Shown here piece by piece: positions 8,697-18,844 of a DNA stretch of 64,000 nt. Position 1 is the first letter of the stretch; each line of letters begins with the position of its first letter. A model generated the notes under the pieces. That model did no database searches. It was not told the origin of the DNA and saw only the letters and a list, made by a program, of their open reading frames with translations. A program made the translations under genes and the position numbers. The stretch is from an uncultured Alphaproteobacteria bacterium (GTDB taxonomy: Bacteria; Bacteroidota; Ignavibacteria; Palsa-1295): NCBI GenBank assembly GCA_964404255.1, contig CAYOJJ010000001.1, positions 243,639-307,638 of the forward strand. Reading direction: 5' to 3'.

Positions 8697-9617
8697 TTGC
8701 CGAAACCTTTCGGGTGGTTTTTGCATATTAGAGGGTTACGCGTGAGTTTTTTACGTAATATCTTCAGACCCGGCGCCTACGAGCAGACTCCCGAGGATAA
8801 AACTATCCAGCAGGAGCTTATTTCGCACGGTCGCATTCCGGAGCACGTCGCCATTATTATGGATGGTAACGGCCGCTGGGCCGAAGAGCGCAATTTCCCG
8901 CGGGCAGTCGGCCATCAGGCCGGTATTGCAAGCGTCCGCGATATAACGCGCGCCTCGCGCGAACTCGGTATCCGCTACGTGACGCTCTATGCCTTTAGCA
9001 CCGAGAACTGGAAGCGCCCCCGCAAAGAAGTAGCCATGCTCATGCGCCTGCTTCGCAAGATGCTCCATGAAGAGCTTGAGGAAATGTGCGATAACGGGGT
9101 ACGCCTTGCCACCATCGGCCAAACCAATTCGCTGCCGAAGGAAGTACAGCAGGATCTTTTTGCCGCCATTGAAAAGACAGCCCATAATACCCGCCTGACG
9201 CTTACGCTCGCTCTTTCGTATTCGGGCCGGTGGGACCTGGTACGAGCCATGCAACTGATGGCGCTCGATATCCGGCGCGGAAAGCTTTCTCCCGAAGATG
9301 TCAACGATACGCTCGTTAAATCGTATCTTACTACTTCTACGATGCCCGATCCGGACCTGATGATCCGTACGTCCGGCGAAATGCGGCTCTCGAATTTTCT
9401 CCTCTGGGAAATGGCCTATAGCGAAATTTATGTGACGAAAGTGTTCTGGCCGGAATTCCGCCGTGAGCACTTATATGAGGCCATTCAGAATTACCAAAGC
9501 CGCGAACGCCGTTTCGGCATGACCGGCGCCCAGCTCAAGGCCAAAGACGATGTACCCCCCGAGCATTCTTCGTATGTAAAACAAATCGTCGGCGCATTGA
9601 CGAAAGGAAAGCGCTGA
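8697..9617 (+). CDS. uppS: Isoprenyl transferase (undecaprenyl diphosphate synthase)
   Basis: 'HVAIIMDGNGRWA', 'YVTLYAFSTENWKRP' and 'IRTSGEMRLSNFLLWEMAYSE' are hallmark UPP synthase motifs. The N-terminus as called is long; the real start is probably downstream. Confidence 0.9.
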   Translation: MPKPFGWFLHIRGLRVSFLRNIFRPGAYEQTPEDKTIQQELISHGRIPEHVAIIMDGNGRWAEERNFPRAVGHQAGIASVRDITRASRELGIRYVTLYAFSTENWKRPRKEVAMLMRLLRKMLHEELEEMCDNGVRLATIGQTNSLPKEVQQDLFAAIEKTAHNTRLTLTLALSYSGRWDLVRAMQLMALDIRRGKLSPEDVNDTLVKSYLTTSTMPDPDLMIRTSGEMRLSNFLLWEMAYSEIYVTKVFWPEFRREHLYEAIQNYQSRERRFGMTGAQLKAKDDVPPEHSSYVKQIVGALTKGKR

Positions 9618-9640
9618 TCTATTGCTCTCATCCCAAACTA

Positions 9641-12067
9641 ATGACTTTTTTCCGCTTGCCTAAGCCAGGTACTTTCATTGCCATCGTATTGGCCGCTCTG
9701 GTTGCTATCGCTGCCCCGCTTCGCGCCCAGGCGCCGGTAGAGCAGCAATATCTTATCATGGGTATTACGGTCGAGGGTAATCAATCCGGTAATGCCGAGA
9801 CGATCATCTCGCAGAGTATGCTGCGAAAAGGCATGAAATTCACGATGCCGAGCAGTGAGATCAGCCGGGCTATCGAGCGCTTGTGGGACCAGAATATTTA
9901 TTCCGATGTCCATATCGATGCTGCAAGGCTCGAACCACAGACCGATGGAACGATCGGCGTCTATATGACCATCAAAGTAAAAGAGTTTTCCCGGGTCGAT
10001 TCGGTGATCATCGAAGGCAACAAGCATCTTTCCAAGACCGATATTGATAAAGCCTACTCCTTCTATAAGAATGAATTTCTCCGCCCCTGGGATATCGATA
10101 ATGCCAAGCAGAAGATCAAAGCGGCCTATATTAAAGAAGGATATAATTTCGTAGAGATCACCGATGAAACGGTGCCGAAAGACGATGGTACGAATAAAGT
10201 GCTGTTATACCTGCATATCAACGAAGGCACCGAAGTAACCGTCCGTCATATCGATTTCACCGGTAACGATAAAATGTCCGCCGGCGATCTTCGCGGCGCC
10301 ATGGACGATACTCATGAAAAGCGCTGGTATAAGATCTTCACGAGCGGCTCGTTCGACGAAAAGAAGTATAATGAAGATAAGCAGAAAGTCCTGGCGCTTT
10401 ACCGATCCAAAGGCTTTCGCGATGCTACCATTCTTTCCGATACGGTATGGGTTACTAACGGTTCGGACCTGAACATCCTTATTAAAGTTTACGAAGGCGC
10501 GCAGTATTATATCCGCAATCTTGCCGTTGTCGGCAATGAAGTCTTTACCGAAGAAGAAGTCCGCCGGGCTATTGGATTTAGAAAAGGCGATCTCTATAAT
10601 CTCGAACGCTTCGATCTTAATTTAAAGGGGCCGACTCAGGATTTCAATGACGTGGGTTCGCTCTATTATGACCGCGGTTATCTCGCCAATGTCAATAAAG
10701 ATGAGACCGTTGTAGCTCCCGACTCCGTTGATATTACCGTTCGCATTCAGGAAGGCAAACGTCATTACTTCCGTAATATCGAGATTAATGGCAATACCAA
10801 GACAAAAGACTTTGTGATCCGCCGCGAGCTGTATACGCGCCCGGGCGATCCCTTCAGCCGCTCGGCGATCATCCGTTCACTTCGCCAGCTCGCGCAGCTC
10901 AATTATTTCAATCAGGAAAAATTGCAGCCGGATGTACGCCCCGTTGCCGATGCCACGCAATTCGACGTCACCTATAATCTTGAAGAAAAATCGAGCGATA
11001 CTTTTAATGCTTCGATCGGCTATGGTGGTGCGTTGGGGCTTACGGGCTCTGTCGGTGTATCGTTCAATAACTTCGATATTGCCGATCCTCTGCATGGTGG
11101 CGCTGGGCAGGTATTTTCCGTTTCGGCAGAATTCGGCCAGCAAAGCTACCGTACGCTTTCGCTAAGTTTCACGGAGCCATGGTTATTCCAGGAGCCGACC
11201 TCGTTCGGGTTTTCGATCTTCAATACGCAGAGCTTCATTTATTTCGAGCAAAAGGTTACCGGCGCTTCGATCTCCGTCGGCCGCCGTTTCCGCTGGCCGG
11301 ATGATTTCTTCCGCGGCGATTGGTCGATCTCCGGTCTTCATACTGATATCGTCAATGGTGGCGGCTACTATTCGACGGGCGTGAACGATGAGTTGAGCTT
11401 GCAACAGGTGATTTCGCGTAACTCGATTGACGATCCGCTATTCCCGGGTACGGGCTCGGAATTCTCTTTCCTGAGCAAGATCGCTTACCTTCCGCCGAAA
11501 GTGGTTGCTCCGAATATTGCAGCAAACTATTACCGCCTCGGACTTACCACCAAATTTTATAATACGCTTTTTAGCTTCAACCCGACAAATAAATTCGTTC
11601 TTGCAACCACCGGCGAGATTGGCCAGCTTGGAAATGTTTCCGGCTCGCCGTTCATTCCGCCGCAGAATAGATTTGTCATGGGTGGTTCGGGTTTAACGAG
11701 CGGCTTTGTGACGATACCGTTACGCGGCTATGACGATGCCTCTATCGGCTCGCATCATGCAACCGGTTCTACATTTGCACAAGGTGGTAATGCATATATG
11801 CGCTTTGCGGCAGAGCTTCGTTTTCAGATCGCTCGCGAACCGATCCCGATCTTCATCAATCTCTTTGGTGAAGCCGGAGATGTGTGGGAAGATTTCTCTC
11901 ACGCCGATCCCTTTAACTTAAAACGCTCGCTTGGTATCGGCGCCCGGTTACAGGTCCCGGCGGTTGGCCTTATTGGTATCGATGAAGCCTATGGCTTCGA
12001 TAACGTCATACCGTTCGGTACCCCGAGCGGCTGGCATACGCACTTCCAGTTCGGTAAGTTCTTCTAA
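9641..12067 (+). CDS. bamA: Outer membrane protein assembly factor BamA
   Basis: 808 aa with a signal peptide and repeated POTRA-like modules ('IEGN', 'FRKGD.YN'). A C-terminal beta-barrel ends in '...FQFGKFF'. Confidence 0.9.
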   Translation: MTFFRLPKPGTFIAIVLAALVAIAAPLRAQAPVEQQYLIMGITVEGNQSGNAETIISQSMLRKGMKFTMPSSEISRAIERLWDQNIYSDVHIDAARLEPQTDGTIGVYMTIKVKEFSRVDSVIIEGNKHLSKTDIDKAYSFYKNEFLRPWDIDNAKQKIKAAYIKEGYNFVEITDETVPKDDGTNKVLLYLHINEGTEVTVRHIDFTGNDKMSAGDLRGAMDDTHEKRWYKIFTSGSFDEKKYNEDKQKVLALYRSKGFRDATILSDTVWVTNGSDLNILIKVYEGAQYYIRNLAVVGNEVFTEEEVRRAIGFRKGDLYNLERFDLNLKGPTQDFNDVGSLYYDRGYLANVNKDETVVAPDSVDITVRIQEGKRHYFRNIEINGNTKTKDFVIRRELYTRPGDPFSRSAIIRSLRQLAQLNYFNQEKLQPDVRPVADATQFDVTYNLEEKSSDTFNASIGYGGALGLTGSVGVSFNNFDIADPLHGGAGQVFSVSAEFGQQSYRTLSLSFTEPWLFQEPTSFGFSIFNTQSFIYFEQKVTGASISVGRRFRWPDDFFRGDWSISGLHTDIVNGGGYYSTGVNDELSLQQVISRNSIDDPLFPGTGSEFSFLSKIAYLPPKVVAPNIAANYYRLGLTTKFYNTLFSFNPTNKFVLATTGEIGQLGNVSGSPFIPPQNRFVMGGSGLTSGFVTIPLRGYDDASIGSHHATGSTFAQGGNAYMRFAAELRFQIAREPIPIFINLFGEAGDVWEDFSHADPFNLKRSLGIGARLQVPAVGLIGIDEAYGFDNVIPFGTPSGWHTHFQFGKFF

Positions 12068-12073
12068 GAGAAC

Positions 12074-13192
12074 CTACTTCATTTCCACAACCGTATTCGT
12101 TAGATCGCCGAGCATTTCGATAGAGCAGGTTACTGTATCGCCGATCGTGAGCCAGCGGTTATCATAGACCTTCGAACCGTTCAATTCTAAGAAGCAGCCG
12201 GTGCCGACGGTGCCGGAGCCGATCACATCTCCCGGATATAAAGTTACGCCATAGCTCGCGCGTTCGATGATCTGGGCAAACGTCCAGTTCATATCTTTAA
12301 GATTGCCCCTTGAGATTTCTTCATTGCCAATACGGAAGGTCATCGTCAGATCATACCGCTCTCCGTTCGGGCCCGGAATACGACGCGGGGCCAGTTCATC
12401 ACGAGTTACAAGCCAGGGGCCGATCGCTGTTGCAAAATCCTTTCCTTTCGCCGGACCAAGCGAAAGCTTCATTTCTTCCATCTGCAAATAACGCGCACTC
12501 CAATCGTTCATGATCGTGTAGCCGAAGATATAGTCGTCTGCTTCTGAGGCTTTGATGTTGCGGCCTTCTTTGCCGATCACGATAGCGGCTTCGAGTTCGA
12601 AATCAAGCTTCTTTAAATGCTCGGGCATTACCTCCATGGGGCCCGGTCCGATCACCGCCTGATGATTAGTAAAATAAAAGACCGGAAAAAGATCGAACTC
12701 CGGTATCATTTCCACTCCGCGGTTTCTTCTGGCGGCTTCGACGTGCTGACGGAAGGCATAGCCATCGCGCATGGAAGTCGGGCGCGGCACCGGAGCGAGT
12801 AACGGTACTTCGTTTACATCGCCGACCCTGAGCTTCATAGTATCGAGTTCGGAATCGGTTTTTGCCATACACCAGGCAAAGACTTCCTTGGCCGATGCTT
12901 TAGCCGGTTCTCCAAGACAAAGAAAGGTAATGATATCGGATGGCAAGGGAGTAATATGCGAATTGCCTTTTGCCATTCCATAGGCGAATGAAGCCATCGC
13001 GAGATCGACAATACTATTTCCGACCAAAAATCCGAGGCGTCCTTTCGGTGAGAATGGCAGTTTCGGCTGCTGGGCTTTGAGCTTATCCTGCTCCTTCTTA
13101 AGTTCTACCGCTATACCCTGATGTTCGGAGCCTGGGAAATCTTCTTTTAAATACGTTACGAATTTCATTGTCTTGATCAGATTATTGTACAA
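12074..13192 (-). CDS. Fumarylacetoacetate hydrolase (FAH) family protein
   Basis: 'GDVIGSGTVGTGCFLELNG' and 'GYTIMNDWSARYLQ' are FAH-fold signatures. The start is probably the second Met (MKFVTYL). Confidence 0.75.
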   Translation of the reverse strand: MYNNLIKTMKFVTYLKEDFPGSEHQGIAVELKKEQDKLKAQQPKLPFSPKGRLGFLVGNSIVDLAMASFAYGMAKGNSHITPLPSDIITFLCLGEPAKASAKEVFAWCMAKTDSELDTMKLRVGDVNEVPLLAPVPRPTSMRDGYAFRQHVEAARRNRGVEMIPEFDLFPVFYFTNHQAVIGPGPMEVMPEHLKKLDFELEAAIVIGKEGRNIKASEADDYIFGYTIMNDWSARYLQMEEMKLSLGPAKGKDFATAIGPWLVTRDELAPRRIPGPNGERYDLTMTFRIGNEEISRGNLKDMNWTFAQIIERASYGVTLYPGDVIGSGTVGTGCFLELNGSKVYDNRWLTIGDTVTCSIEMLGDLTNTVVEMK

Positions 13193-13256
13193 AAATACGG
13201 CGGTGGGAGTAAAATAACCGATAGAATCAGTTATTTAGATTCTATTAAAGAAGAAG

Positions 13257-13646
13257 ATGAAAACGACAAGCATTATAAGTATCCTGGCAGTACTACTGAT
13301 CGGCTGTACTTCGAAGAACGATGCACCACAGCCTACGCATAACGACTCGATTATTACGGCTCCTATAGCTCCGGCAAAAGATACAACGGTCCAGGCGCCG
13401 GCCGATCCTGCTACCGGCTTACTTATCGATCATGCCCGCATGCGAACACCTCAGCATGATAAGCTCCTCGAACGCTTTAAGCCGTCTGAGGTCGTGCAGA
13501 TCTACCATGATTTCAAACCGCTTCGCAAACCGGGTATCACCAAAGAGCAAGTAGATACGTACCTGAAGCAGAAGAATATTACACTCGATGAATTAACGGC
13601 CGTGCTGGAGGAAGGCGATCTCCTCGGCTGGAACAAAACAAAATAA
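13257..13646 (+). CDS. Small lipoprotein, unknown function
   Basis: Signal peptide plus lipobox 'LLIGCTS'. 129 aa. Confidence 0.5.
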   Translation: MKTTSIISILAVLLIGCTSKNDAPQPTHNDSIITAPIAPAKDTTVQAPADPATGLLIDHARMRTPQHDKLLERFKPSEVVQIYHDFKPLRKPGITKEQVDTYLKQKNITLDELTAVLEEGDLLGWNKTK

Positions 13647-13647
13647 T

Positions 13648-14541
13648 ATGACGGCTGCAAAACGGAGCGGCTCCTGGTATGTGATCGTTGCGGCGCTTCT
13701 CTGGAGCACGGGCGGCTTCTTTATCAAGGATGTATCGCTCGATGGCTTCGGAGTTTCGCTTTGGCGCAGTCTCTTTGCTTCACTCACACTATTCATTATT
13801 TTCAGGCTTCGGATCGCGAAGAAAGAGAGCACCCGGGCCGGAGGCTGGTTTAGCTGGCGAACCATCGGTACGGCATTGGTCTATTCCGGATTACTCATTT
13901 TATTCGTGCTGGCCACCAAACTCACGACCAGCGCGAATGCTATCTTCCTGCAGTACACGGCGCCGATCTATGTCTTATTTTTCGAGCCGATCATTTCCAG
14001 ATCGAAGATCAAACGCGGCGATATAGTTGCGGTACTAATTACGATCTCGGCAATGGGGCTATTCTTCGTCGGGAAGTTCGATACCAGCTCCACCCTCGGC
14101 AATACGCTGGCGTTATTAAGTGGTGTTTGTTTCGCTGCTTATGCACTGCTATTAAAACATGAAAAGACCGATGAGCAGATGAGGTGGCAATCGGTTATCG
14201 TCGGTCATGGTATAATCGTACTGCTGATGCTGATACTTTGGGGAATGGGAGTAACGAATCCTGTTCCTCATGCTGCAAAGGAGCTGTTCGAACTGGCATA
14301 TCTCGGTATTTTCCAGATCGGCGTTGCGTATGCCTTATTCACAACGGGCATTCATTACATTCGGGCGCTCGATGCTTTGCTTTTATCGATGATCGAGCCG
14401 GTGCTCAATCCGGTATGGGTGTTCATCGGTATCGGCGAAACACCGACGTTCTGGGCAATCGTCGGCGGAGCCATTATCCTTACCGTCTCGGCCGTAAGAA
14501 CCTATCGTGAAGGCAAAGCGGATTTAGTACCCGCCGAATAA
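13648..14541 (+). CDS. EamA/DMT-family transporter
   Basis: Ten predicted TM helices in a two-fold repeat, typical of the drug/metabolite transporter superfamily. Confidence 0.7.
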   Translation: MTAAKRSGSWYVIVAALLWSTGGFFIKDVSLDGFGVSLWRSLFASLTLFIIFRLRIAKKESTRAGGWFSWRTIGTALVYSGLLILFVLATKLTTSANAIFLQYTAPIYVLFFEPIISRSKIKRGDIVAVLITISAMGLFFVGKFDTSSTLGNTLALLSGVCFAAYALLLKHEKTDEQMRWQSVIVGHGIIVLLMLILWGMGVTNPVPHAAKELFELAYLGIFQIGVAYALFTTGIHYIRALDALLLSMIEPVLNPVWVFIGIGETPTFWAIVGGAIILTVSAVRTYREGKADLVPAE

Positions 14542-15516
14542 CTGAATAACATAGTAAGCTCCGCCTGCAATAGCAGCCGAAGCGGGGATTGTTAGTACCC
14601 ACGCCCACACAATTCTTGTAGCAACTCCCCAGCGAACCGCCGAAGCGCGCTTCAACGATCCTACGCCAACAATAGCACCGGTGATCGTATGAGTGGTAGA
14701 GACCGGAATACCGGCAGCAGCCGAACCAAGTAACGTAACGGCGGCGGCAGTCTCTGCCGAAAATCCGCCGATCGGCTTTAGCGCAGTGATCTTCATTCCC
14801 ATCGTTTTAACGATACGCCAGCCTCCGGAAAGCGTACCGAGACCGATCGCAGCATGAGCGGCCAGGATAACCCACATCGGAATATCGAAGGTTGGAATCA
14901 GCTTATTCGCAAAGAGCACTCCGGCAATAATGCCCATCGTTTTCTGTGCATCGTTAGTCCCATGGCCAAGGGAATAGGCCGCCGCACTAAAAAGCTGTCC
15001 GCGTCGAAACCACTTATCAACCGTGAATGGCGATTGCCTTCTGACAAGATAGGAAACACCGAACATCAGAAAGAACCCAAGCACCATTCCGATAAGCGGC
15101 GATAGGACGATAAAGAGCAAGGTCTTTATCCAACCTGACGCTATGACCACACTCAACGTCCCACTCTTAGCAACTGCTGCACCGGCATAGGCGCCAATGA
15201 GTGCATGGGAAGAGCTTGTTGGCAAGCCGAGCCACCAGGTAATAAGATCCCAGGCAATAGCGCCGATAAGCCCTGCGAGGATCACGTACGAGGTAACGAC
15301 CGATATATCGATCATACCGGATCCGATCGTCTTTGCAACACCCGTTCCAAACCCAAAGGCTGCAACGAAGTTAAAGAATGCTGCCCATAGCACTGCCTGC
15401 CCCGGGGTTAAGACTCTCGTCGATACAACTGTTGCGATCGAATTAGCTGCATCGTGAAAGCCATTGATATAATCGAAGATCAGCGCGATCGCGATTACGA
15501 TAATTACTAACGTCAT
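14524..15516 (-). CDS. pit: Inorganic phosphate transporter, PiT family
   Basis: 'GFHDAANSIATVVSTRVL' and a second repeat 'GTNDAQKTMGII'. Overlaps the convergent EamA gene by 18 nt. Confidence 0.9.
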   Translation of the reverse strand: MTLVIIVIAIALIFDYINGFHDAANSIATVVSTRVLTPGQAVLWAAFFNFVAAFGFGTGVAKTIGSGMIDISVVTSYVILAGLIGAIAWDLITWWLGLPTSSSHALIGAYAGAAVAKSGTLSVVIASGWIKTLLFIVLSPLIGMVLGFFLMFGVSYLVRRQSPFTVDKWFRRGQLFSAAAYSLGHGTNDAQKTMGIIAGVLFANKLIPTFDIPMWVILAAHAAIGLGTLSGGWRIVKTMGMKITALKPIGGFSAETAAAVTLLGSAAAGIPVSTTHTITGAIVGVGSLKRASAVRWGVATRIVWAWVLTIPASAAIAGGAYYVIQLFGGY

Positions 15517-15531
15517 ACTGCTCGCTTCTGC

Positions 15532-16185
15532 TTAGGCGTACTTAATGACGACACTTTCGATCAGGTTGGCGACATGCTCGCACCGATCGATCGCCTCTTC
15601 GATATCGCTGAGGATCTCCTTGAGCTTGATAAGCATGATCGGGTCTTTTTGTTCGCGAAAGAGACGGGCAATGGCATTATGATAAATATCGTCGCCGGCA
15701 TTTTCACACGTATTGACGTGCTCGCAAAGCGTTTTGATGCGGGCGACGTGCTCGGTCTTCAACCCACTTAACATGGGTACTGCTTCGCTGAGATCTTTTA
15801 CCGCACTGCAGAGCGTATCGGAAAGATCGCGGAATTCGTTCGGGAAGACGGTGACTTCATATAAAACGGTTCGAAGCGCCACATCCTCCATGAGGTCGAG
15901 GATGTCGTCGAGCCGGGCCGCAAGAGCGTGGATATCTTCGCGGTCGATGGGGGTAATAAACGTCTGGGAGACGTCATTAAAAATGTCATGGGTGATCAGA
16001 TCGCCGCGGTGTTCGGCATCTTCGATCTGGGAGATAAGGATCTTACGCTCCGATTCGCTTGAGGCATCGAGCAGTTTTCGCAGATTCTGCGCTGCCGATT
16101 CAATATTACCTACATTCGCGGTAAAGAGATCGAAAAAACGGTTCTCTTTCGGTAATAGCCTGCTCAGGAACGATACAAAGCCCAT
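15532..16185 (-). CDS. DUF47 (PhoU-like, TIGR00153) protein partnering Pit
   Basis: 217 aa helical protein immediately upstream of pit on the same strand. This is the conserved DUF47-Pit pair. Confidence 0.75.
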   Translation of the reverse strand: MGFVSFLSRLLPKENRFFDLFTANVGNIESAAQNLRKLLDASSESERKILISQIEDAEHRGDLITHDIFNDVSQTFITPIDREDIHALAARLDDILDLMEDVALRTVLYEVTVFPNEFRDLSDTLCSAVKDLSEAVPMLSGLKTEHVARIKTLCEHVNTCENAGDDIYHNAIARLFREQKDPIMLIKLKEILSDIEEAIDRCEHVANLIESVVIKYA

Positions 16186-16276
16186 AAGTTAAATAATAAA
16201 TACGAAATTATTATGGCAAAATTATGAAAATTTTACCTACTTATGGGCAGAAACTATAAAAAGGCGGTTTTGACCG

Positions 16277-17002
16277 TCAGTCTTCTTTGGAAAGGATCGA
16301 TTCCGTTGATTGGTGCTTAAGCATTTTTGCCTCGACGATAAAAATAACGTCTTCGGCAATATTGGTCGCATGGTCAGCCAGACGCTCGACATGGCGAAGC
16401 AGACCCATTGCATGGGCAGCCGGCTCGATCTGAAGCGGATCGCGCTTCATTTCATCGATCAGAATATCGAAAGCCCGGTGGGCAGCTTTATCGATGGCAT
16501 CTTCGCGGTCGAACAGTGTGCGGGCAAGATTTGCATCGTTATTAATAAAGGCATCAAAGGCGAGTCGCGAAGTGCGATGGGCTTCTTCGATCATCGTCTT
16601 TAAGCCGGTACGTTCGAGCATATCGATCTGGCCTTCGAGCGCTTCGGTGCGCTCGGCAATGTTGACGGCAATATCGCCAATGCGCTCGAATTCGGAGTCG
16701 ATCCGCATGGCGGCGATAAGCTTGCGAAGATCGGTTGCTACCGGCTGGGTGAGCGCGAGAATACGCTGGCAAAGGGCATCGACCATCAGATCGTATTCGT
16801 TGACGCGCGTTTCCCGTTTAATGACAAAGCGGGCCGATTCATGATCGCCCGTCAGTACGGCACGCGAAGCAAGTTCGATTTGCTCATCGACAAGCGATCC
16901 CATCCTGATAAGCAGGGCACGAAGCTTATCGAGTTCATCCTCAAAATGGCGGTGGACCCGTGAGGCGGCGGCTTGAAATTCTCCGATACTATCTATACTC
17001 AT
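16277..17002 (-). CDS. phoU: Phosphate signalling complex protein PhoU
   Basis: Two PhoU repeats ('ERIGD.A.NIAE' and 'ERLADHATNIAEDVIF'). Confidence 0.9.
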   Translation of the reverse strand: MSIDSIGEFQAAASRVHRHFEDELDKLRALLIRMGSLVDEQIELASRAVLTGDHESARFVIKRETRVNEYDLMVDALCQRILALTQPVATDLRKLIAAMRIDSEFERIGDIAVNIAERTEALEGQIDMLERTGLKTMIEEAHRTSRLAFDAFINNDANLARTLFDREDAIDKAAHRAFDILIDEMKRDPLQIEPAAHAMGLLRHVERLADHATNIAEDVIFIVEAKMLKHQSTESILSKED

Positions 17003-17022
17003 GGTGGTTTATCTCCTACAGC

Positions 17023-17868
17023 TTATCCGAAACGTCCGGTGATGTAATCTTCGGTTTGTTTTTTTACAGGTTTGGTGAACATATCGCGGGTATCGCCGGC
17101 TTCGATGAGTTCGCCAAGATAGAAAAAGGCGGTGACATCGCTTACACGGGCGGCCTGCTGCATATTATGTGTTACGATAGCGATCGTATAATTATGCTTG
17201 AGTTCGAAAATAAGCTCTTCGATCTTTGCCGTGCTGATCGGGTCGAGAGCGCTGGCCGGCTCATCCATTAATAATACTTCCGGGCTCGTTGCGAGGGCAC
17301 GCGCTATACAAAGACGCTGCTGCTGGCCGCCGGAAAGCCCAAGGGCCGAGTGGTGCAGGCGGTCTTTTACTTCTTCCCACAGTGCCGATTGCTGCAAACT
17401 GCGCTCGACGAGTTCATTAAGCGTCTGCTTATTTTTCTCCCCCAAAATTTTCGGGCCATAGGCAACATTCTCCCAGATCGACTTCGGAAACGGGTTCGAT
17501 TTCTGGAAGACCATCCCGACGCGTTTGCGAAGCTCGACGACATCAAGGCGAGAATCGTAGATATTCACCCCATCGATAACTGCATCGCCGGTGATCTTGC
17601 AGCCGACGATCGTATCGTTCATGCGATTGAGTGTGCGAAGGTATGTCGATTTTCCACATCCCGAAGGGCCAATGAATGCCGTGACGCGGTTCGTTGGGAT
17701 ATCGAGCGTTATATCGCGCAAGGCATGCTTTTCCCCATAAAAGAGGTTAAGGTTTTTTGTCGAGACTTTTACCGAGTGGTACATATTGCTTTGTTCATGG
17801 CTCGTAACCGGTGCCACTTTATCAACGCGCACCTGAGGCGTTTGTTCCTGAGCTACTGGTTCTAACAT
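17023..17868 (-). CDS. pstB: Phosphate ABC transporter ATP-binding protein
   Basis: Walker A 'GPSGCGKST', signature '[15 protein letters not shown]', Walker B '[11 protein letters not shown]'. Confidence 0.95.
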   Translation of the reverse strand: MLEPVAQEQTPQVRVDKVAPVTSHEQSNMYHSVKVSTKNLNLFYGEKHALRDITLDIPTNRVTAFIGPSGCGKSTYLRTLNRMNDTIVGCKITGDAVIDGVNIYDSRLDVVELRKRVGMVFQKSNPFPKSIWENVAYGPKILGEKNKQTLNELVERSLQQSALWEEVKDRLHHSALGLSGGQQQRLCIARALATSPEVLLMDEPASALDPISTAKIEELIFELKHNYTIAIVTHNMQQAARVSDVTAFFYLGELIEAGDTRDMFTKPVKKQTEDYITGRFG

Positions 17869-17881
17869 CTCTTCCTATCTC

Positions 17882-18844
17882 CTATCCTAATTGTTGCTTG
17901 TTTCTTAAGCGCGACCGTAAGATCACCGCAACCAAATTCAGCGAGAACGTCAATGCCAGAAGCACCAGCGTCGTCGCATATTGCAGTGGTATGGTTTTAT
18001 CGACATTTGCCGACTGAGTAGCCAATACATAAATATGATACCCAAGATGCATAAACTGATGAGAGAGCGACGAGGGTATCTGGGGTAAAAAGAAGGCCGC
18101 TCCGGTAAAGAGGATCGGCGCGACTTCACCGGCGCCGCGGCTGATTGCCAGGATCATGCCGGTAAGAATGCCGGACATCGAGCTTGGCAATACGATCTTG
18201 CGAATCGTCTGCAATCTGGTTGCCCCGAGAGCAAGTGAAGCATCTCGCCACTCTCTCGGTACATTGCGAATTGCTTCTTCGACCGAGACGATCACGACCG
18301 GCATGGTTAGCAAGCCCATCGTCATCGAAGCCCAGAGAATATTCGGCTGCCCCCAGACAAGGGTGCCGGGATTAGCAATCGAATCGATTCCTTTGCCAAC
18401 GAACTGCACAAAGAAACCGAGACCGAATAACCCGAAGACGATCGAAGGGATACTGGCAAGCGTATTGACAGCGAATCTGATAGCCCGGGCAAAGATCGAA
18501 GTTGGCTTTGCATATTCGGAAAGATAGATCGCCGTGATCGTACCGAGCGGTACTGCCATCAGCGACATCAATAAGGTCATTAGTACCGTACCGATGATAG
18601 CCGGATAGATACCACCTTCCATCATACCTTCCTTCGGAGCTTCCGTCAGAAATTCCCAGGTAAGATGATCCCATCCTCCGATAACGACCGTTACGATGAT
18701 CGTAATGACGATCGCAACAATAATAAGTGCAGCAGCACCGGTCAATCCTCCGGAAAGACCGCCAAGCAGCCGTCGCTTCAGCGAGGCGCTTGCCAACAGG
18801 CTGTTATCGGCCCTGGATGCGTTTAATGAGACGCTTACGGACAT
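17882..18844 (-). CDS. pstA: Phosphate ABC transporter permease PstA
   Basis: EAA-type permease motif region 'EEAIRNVPREWRDASLALGATRLQTI.K.VLP'. Confidence 0.9.
   Translation of the reverse strand: MSVSVSLNASRADNSLLASASLKRRLLGGLSGGLTGAAALIIVAIVITIIVTVVIGGWDHLTWEFLTEAPKEGMMEGGIYPAIIGTVLMTLLMSLMAVPLGTITAIYLSEYAKPTSIFARAIRFAVNTLASIPSIVFGLFGLGFFVQFVGKGIDSIANPGTLVWGQPNILWASMTMGLLTMPVVIVSVEEAIRNVPREWRDASLALGATRLQTIRKIVLPSSMSGILTGMILAISRGAGEVAPILFTGAAFFLPQIPSSLSHQFMHLGYHIYVLATQSANVDKTIPLQYATTLVLLALTFSLNLVAVILRSRLRNKQQLG

Noticed and set aside
8751-9470. 239-aa minus-strand ORF inside uppS
   Set aside because: It is fully antisense to a gene with unmistakable UppS motifs. Long GC-rich coding regions routinely give shadow ORFs.
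15713-16192. 159-aa plus-strand Ser/Arg-rich ORF
   Set aside because: It is antisense to the DUF47 gene and has low-complexity composition.
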